Shown in pieces: positions 60,871-64,000 of a stretch of 64,000 bases of DNA. Position 1 is the stretch's first letter, and each line of letters starts with the position of its first letter. Origin of the DNA: Sminthopsis crassicaudata (lineage: Eukaryota); NCBI RefSeq assembly GCF_048593235.1, contig NC_133620.1, positions 461,805,261 to 461,869,260 on the forward strand, in the 5' to 3' direction. The notes beneath the pieces were generated by a model. The model saw only the letters and a list, made by a program, of their open reading frames with translations. It had not been told where the DNA came from and ran no database searches. The position numbers and the translations under genes are program-made.

Positions 60871-63025
60871 AATGAAAGCTTGATCTCAGATTTTGCATAG
60901 TAACTTCTCTAAAAGAGGAAATGCTGTCCCATTTATCTACCTGGCTCAAAACACTCCTGCAATGGTAGGCAAAGATTGCTCTCTTCCCTCTCTAAGATCG
61001 GCACCTGTTTTCCATTTAATACCTATAAAAATATTGAGCTAACATTGGCATGAGCCATAAATTTTAAAATCAGGGGCCCTCATGCATAATGTTGGTGGGA
61101 GATAGCAAATTTGCTGTGTGGTATTTTTCAAGAATCAACCAATACTTACAGAATATCTCCCCCTATGTGGGAATCTATGAAGGAAAAAGAGAAGATATTG
61201 GGAAGACAGATCGTTCACAGCTAAGTACAATCTTATAAAAAAAGAACTATGGTCCTGTGAATTCCTGTCCTGGGTGTTAAGATGTAACATGGTGTTGTGA
61301 ATGGATCTGAGGCCTGAACAAGACACTCACTTTTCGAAGTTGCCACATTTGTAAAATGAAGGGCTTGTACCAAGTGGCTCTTAAGGTCCCTTTCAGCCCT
61401 CAACCCAGACTCATAGGACACCAAGAAGAGACAATGGGTAGAATAGAACTTTGCTCAGCTGCCAATCTGTCTTTAGTGCTGGGAGTCCTGATGTCTTCCA
61501 CCAAGGAGGACTTTTAATTGATTTTATTTGAAGAAGAAGGCCTGAGTTTTAACCCAGGTTCTTTAAACTTAAGAGTCAGAAGTTGTTTTTTTGTTTTTTT
61601 TTTTTTTGTTTTCATGGATGGAACCCTACAATAAACTCCCCTTTGATTCTTTAAATGCTCTGCCTCTCATTTAAATCTTTCTTTGACACTGTGATTTGAA
61701 TTTAATCTCTGATCTCAAGCTCATCGGGCCTACACAGTACCTTGCATGGGTAAACACTTAAAATATTTGTTGATTGAAATGTCAAAGGAGCTCGTCTGTA
61801 TTAAGGGCTCAGTGAGTGGCGCAGACAGTTCAGTGCCAGAGGAATCCATGGGAAGGAGAGAATACTCTCTCCCGGCTGGCTTGGGGTTGGTTCCCGGTCC
61901 TGATGAATAAGCAGGATTTCAGCAGGCAGAGGCGTCACCCAGCAGGCATCACCTGCAAGGCCTCGGGACCCAAAGATGACCCTGTTAAATGAGAGCACAG
62001 CACAGAGTTATTACTCTTGGCAAATGGAAGTCCCCGACGCATCCGTCCATCAGACTGACATTGCTGCTGCCGCTTCAAGGGCCATTTACTTTTTGTTTCC
62101 AAGTCTCCATTTCCTCTCCTGGAAGAAAAGGTAGAAAACATTGACATGTCAGGAAATTGGAAATGTAAATGGGAACAGAAGCCCCCTGGGAAATCCTAAG
62201 TTCTAAGCCTTTCAAACTCAATCACCTCCGTTGGCGCCCTGAGATTTGCAGTGAATCCAACTGAAATTGTTTGGCTGTCTATCTTTGCACTGAAAGAAAG
62301 CATGCAATGGGGTTGATGTCCAGGGAGAGCTGACCAGAGGTAGAACTTAGACAATCACCCAAAACAGCCCTTGAAAACGTGAAAATTTCAATCACACAAT
62401 GTTTTGTCTCTAGGATGCCAAATGAGACATAGGATAAATAGATCAGACCATTGGAGAAAAGAGCCGAAAGGATTCAAGGAGCTTCTATTTAGAGATGGAA
62501 AAAATGTCAGAGGCCATCTAATCCGACTCTCAATTTTTAAATCAGAAAACTGAGGCCCAGTAAGCGAAGTGACTTGTCCAAAATTATGTAAAGGGTGATT
62601 ATCTGAGGCAGAATCTGAACCTGCTGTCCTTGACTTATTCTGCACACTGGCTCCATACTGTTTTTGATGTTGGTTACAGGGGCTCTTCCCCTTTCTTTTG
62701 AATTGAGAGTCAGCTTTGATGCAGTAAAGAGTGGATACAAGTCCAACAGATTGGGAATGCCAGAAACCACTGGAATGATTATGGAATTTTGACACTGTGT
62801 GAATAAAACTCTTATAATAATAGTGTACCAGGGTTCAAAATTATCTAGCCATCCTTCATCTTCATTTTACAGAGACAGAAATGGAGAAAGGAGAAGGCAT
62901 TAGTATTGCCTCTGAATTATTGGTTCAAATCCTCATTGTGGGTGTTTATTATCCACATGACCTGGGCCAGTGACTTAAATTCTCTGCACCTCAATTTCTA
63001 CCACTATAAAGAGCTTTCACTAGAC

Positions 63026-63606
63026 CAAAGCTTCTTAAATTGGAAGTTGCAGCCTTAGATGGAGTCTCATAAATGAATGTGGAGATCATGAAATTATGAT
63101 TTCTTATCCATAAATATTTGATTTGTATACCTATTTTATATACATATCTACCCAGGGTCACGTAAAAATTTTTCAGGTGAACAGGGGTCACAAGTTGTAA
63201 AGAGCTGAAACTCTTAAAAGGTGTGCTTGAATCAGACAACCAAGCACTTAAGGCTAATTATTTATTGGACAATAACTCTATTAGCATATGTTTGGGAAAA
63301 TGGTCCTTCTCACTATTCCATGCTGGCTAGATCTTTTGGTGTATATAGATAATCATATACAGATAATAAAAGGGATTAAAGGGTGGAGTGAGACTTCACT
63401 TGGCTGCAGGACAGAGAGGAGAAAAGTGTGGAGATTCTGGACTTTAAATCCTTGGCAAAACTCCTGGCAGTTTTGTTTTGTCCATCTCCTTCACTCCTCC
63501 CCCTAAACACCAAGGACTTTTGCTTATCCTGATTCTGGCAAACTGTGAGGCCTCCAAGGAGCTAGCCCAGAATTTCCAATAAGTGGAAAAAGTTTAAGAA
63601 AGCCTA
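63026..63606 (+). mobile_element. hAT-Charlie MITE split by an LTR (63026-63195 plus 63585-63606)
   Basis: TIR remnants caaagcttcttaaat / agtttaagaaagccta; the host sequence resumes after the LTR. Confidence 0.7.
63196..63578 (+). mobile_element. ERV solo LTR, 383 bp, related to 59169-59573
   Basis: TG...CA termini, TSD-like a(c/t)aagt at 63190-63195 and 63579-63584; 5' and 3' ends resemble the 59169 LTR. Confidence 0.75.
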
Positions 63607-64000
63607 CTCTACATGAACTCTAAGGTCCCTTCTAGCTGAAGATCTCTGAGCCAATGAAATGCCTTAGTTAAAGGCAGCAAAGTGGTCACGGGATATGGAA
63701 TTCTGGGTCTCAAGCCAGGGTAAATCTGAGTTCAAATACTTACTGGCTGAGTGACCCTGAGTTTTCTCATTGGTAAAGTACCCACCTCCCAAAGCCATTG
63801 TCAGGATCAAAGGTTATAATAATTGTAATGTCTTTAACTCGGTTCCCTGGCACATAGTAAGTGCTATATAAATGTTTGGTATTACTTTTATCATTGGGGT
63901 TACATAATTATTGATGGCAGAGCAAACTGGATGGAATGGAAACTCAGATCTCCGAAGCTCTGTATCAACAATATAACATCTGCTTCCCAAACCGTTTATT

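Noticed and set aside
62090-62118. 29 nt minus-strand micro-exon (EEMETWKQK)
   Set aside because: The donor AAA|gtaaat is weak and the peptide is not recognised; only the acceptor is noted in findings.
1-64000. CRISPR arrays, operons, tRNA or rRNA genes
   Set aside because: There are no repeat-spacer arrays or dense coding regions. The tRNA-like A/B boxes all belong to SINE heads.

Overview
This is eukaryotic, repeat-rich mammalian DNA with no recognisable host protein-coding gene, RNA gene or prokaryotic feature. The repeat content is WSINE1-type and MAR1-type SINEs, MIR, L2, CR1/L3, RTE, marsupial-type L1 3' ends, OC1-like hAT MITEs and a Tigger1-like element. This points to a marsupial, probably a dasyurid such as the Tasmanian devil (inference). 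There are nine N-gaps, and most listed ORFs are gap, microsatellite or decayed-LINE artefacts. I found no new biological system I can support. The best second-look items are: (1) an RTE LINE with a TSD-flanked 5' inversion, which looks like twin priming (56563-57375); (2) a ~181 bp insertion copied from 2.6 kb downstream with junction stutter (41734-41914), plus a similar older case near 29691; (3) three OC1-like hAT MITEs, only one with a TSD; (4) several nested TE stacks; (5) CpG-retaining unique segments and candidate non-coding exons. Repeat family names come from recognising consensus-like sequence by eye, not from a database search. Boundaries without a TSD are approximate.
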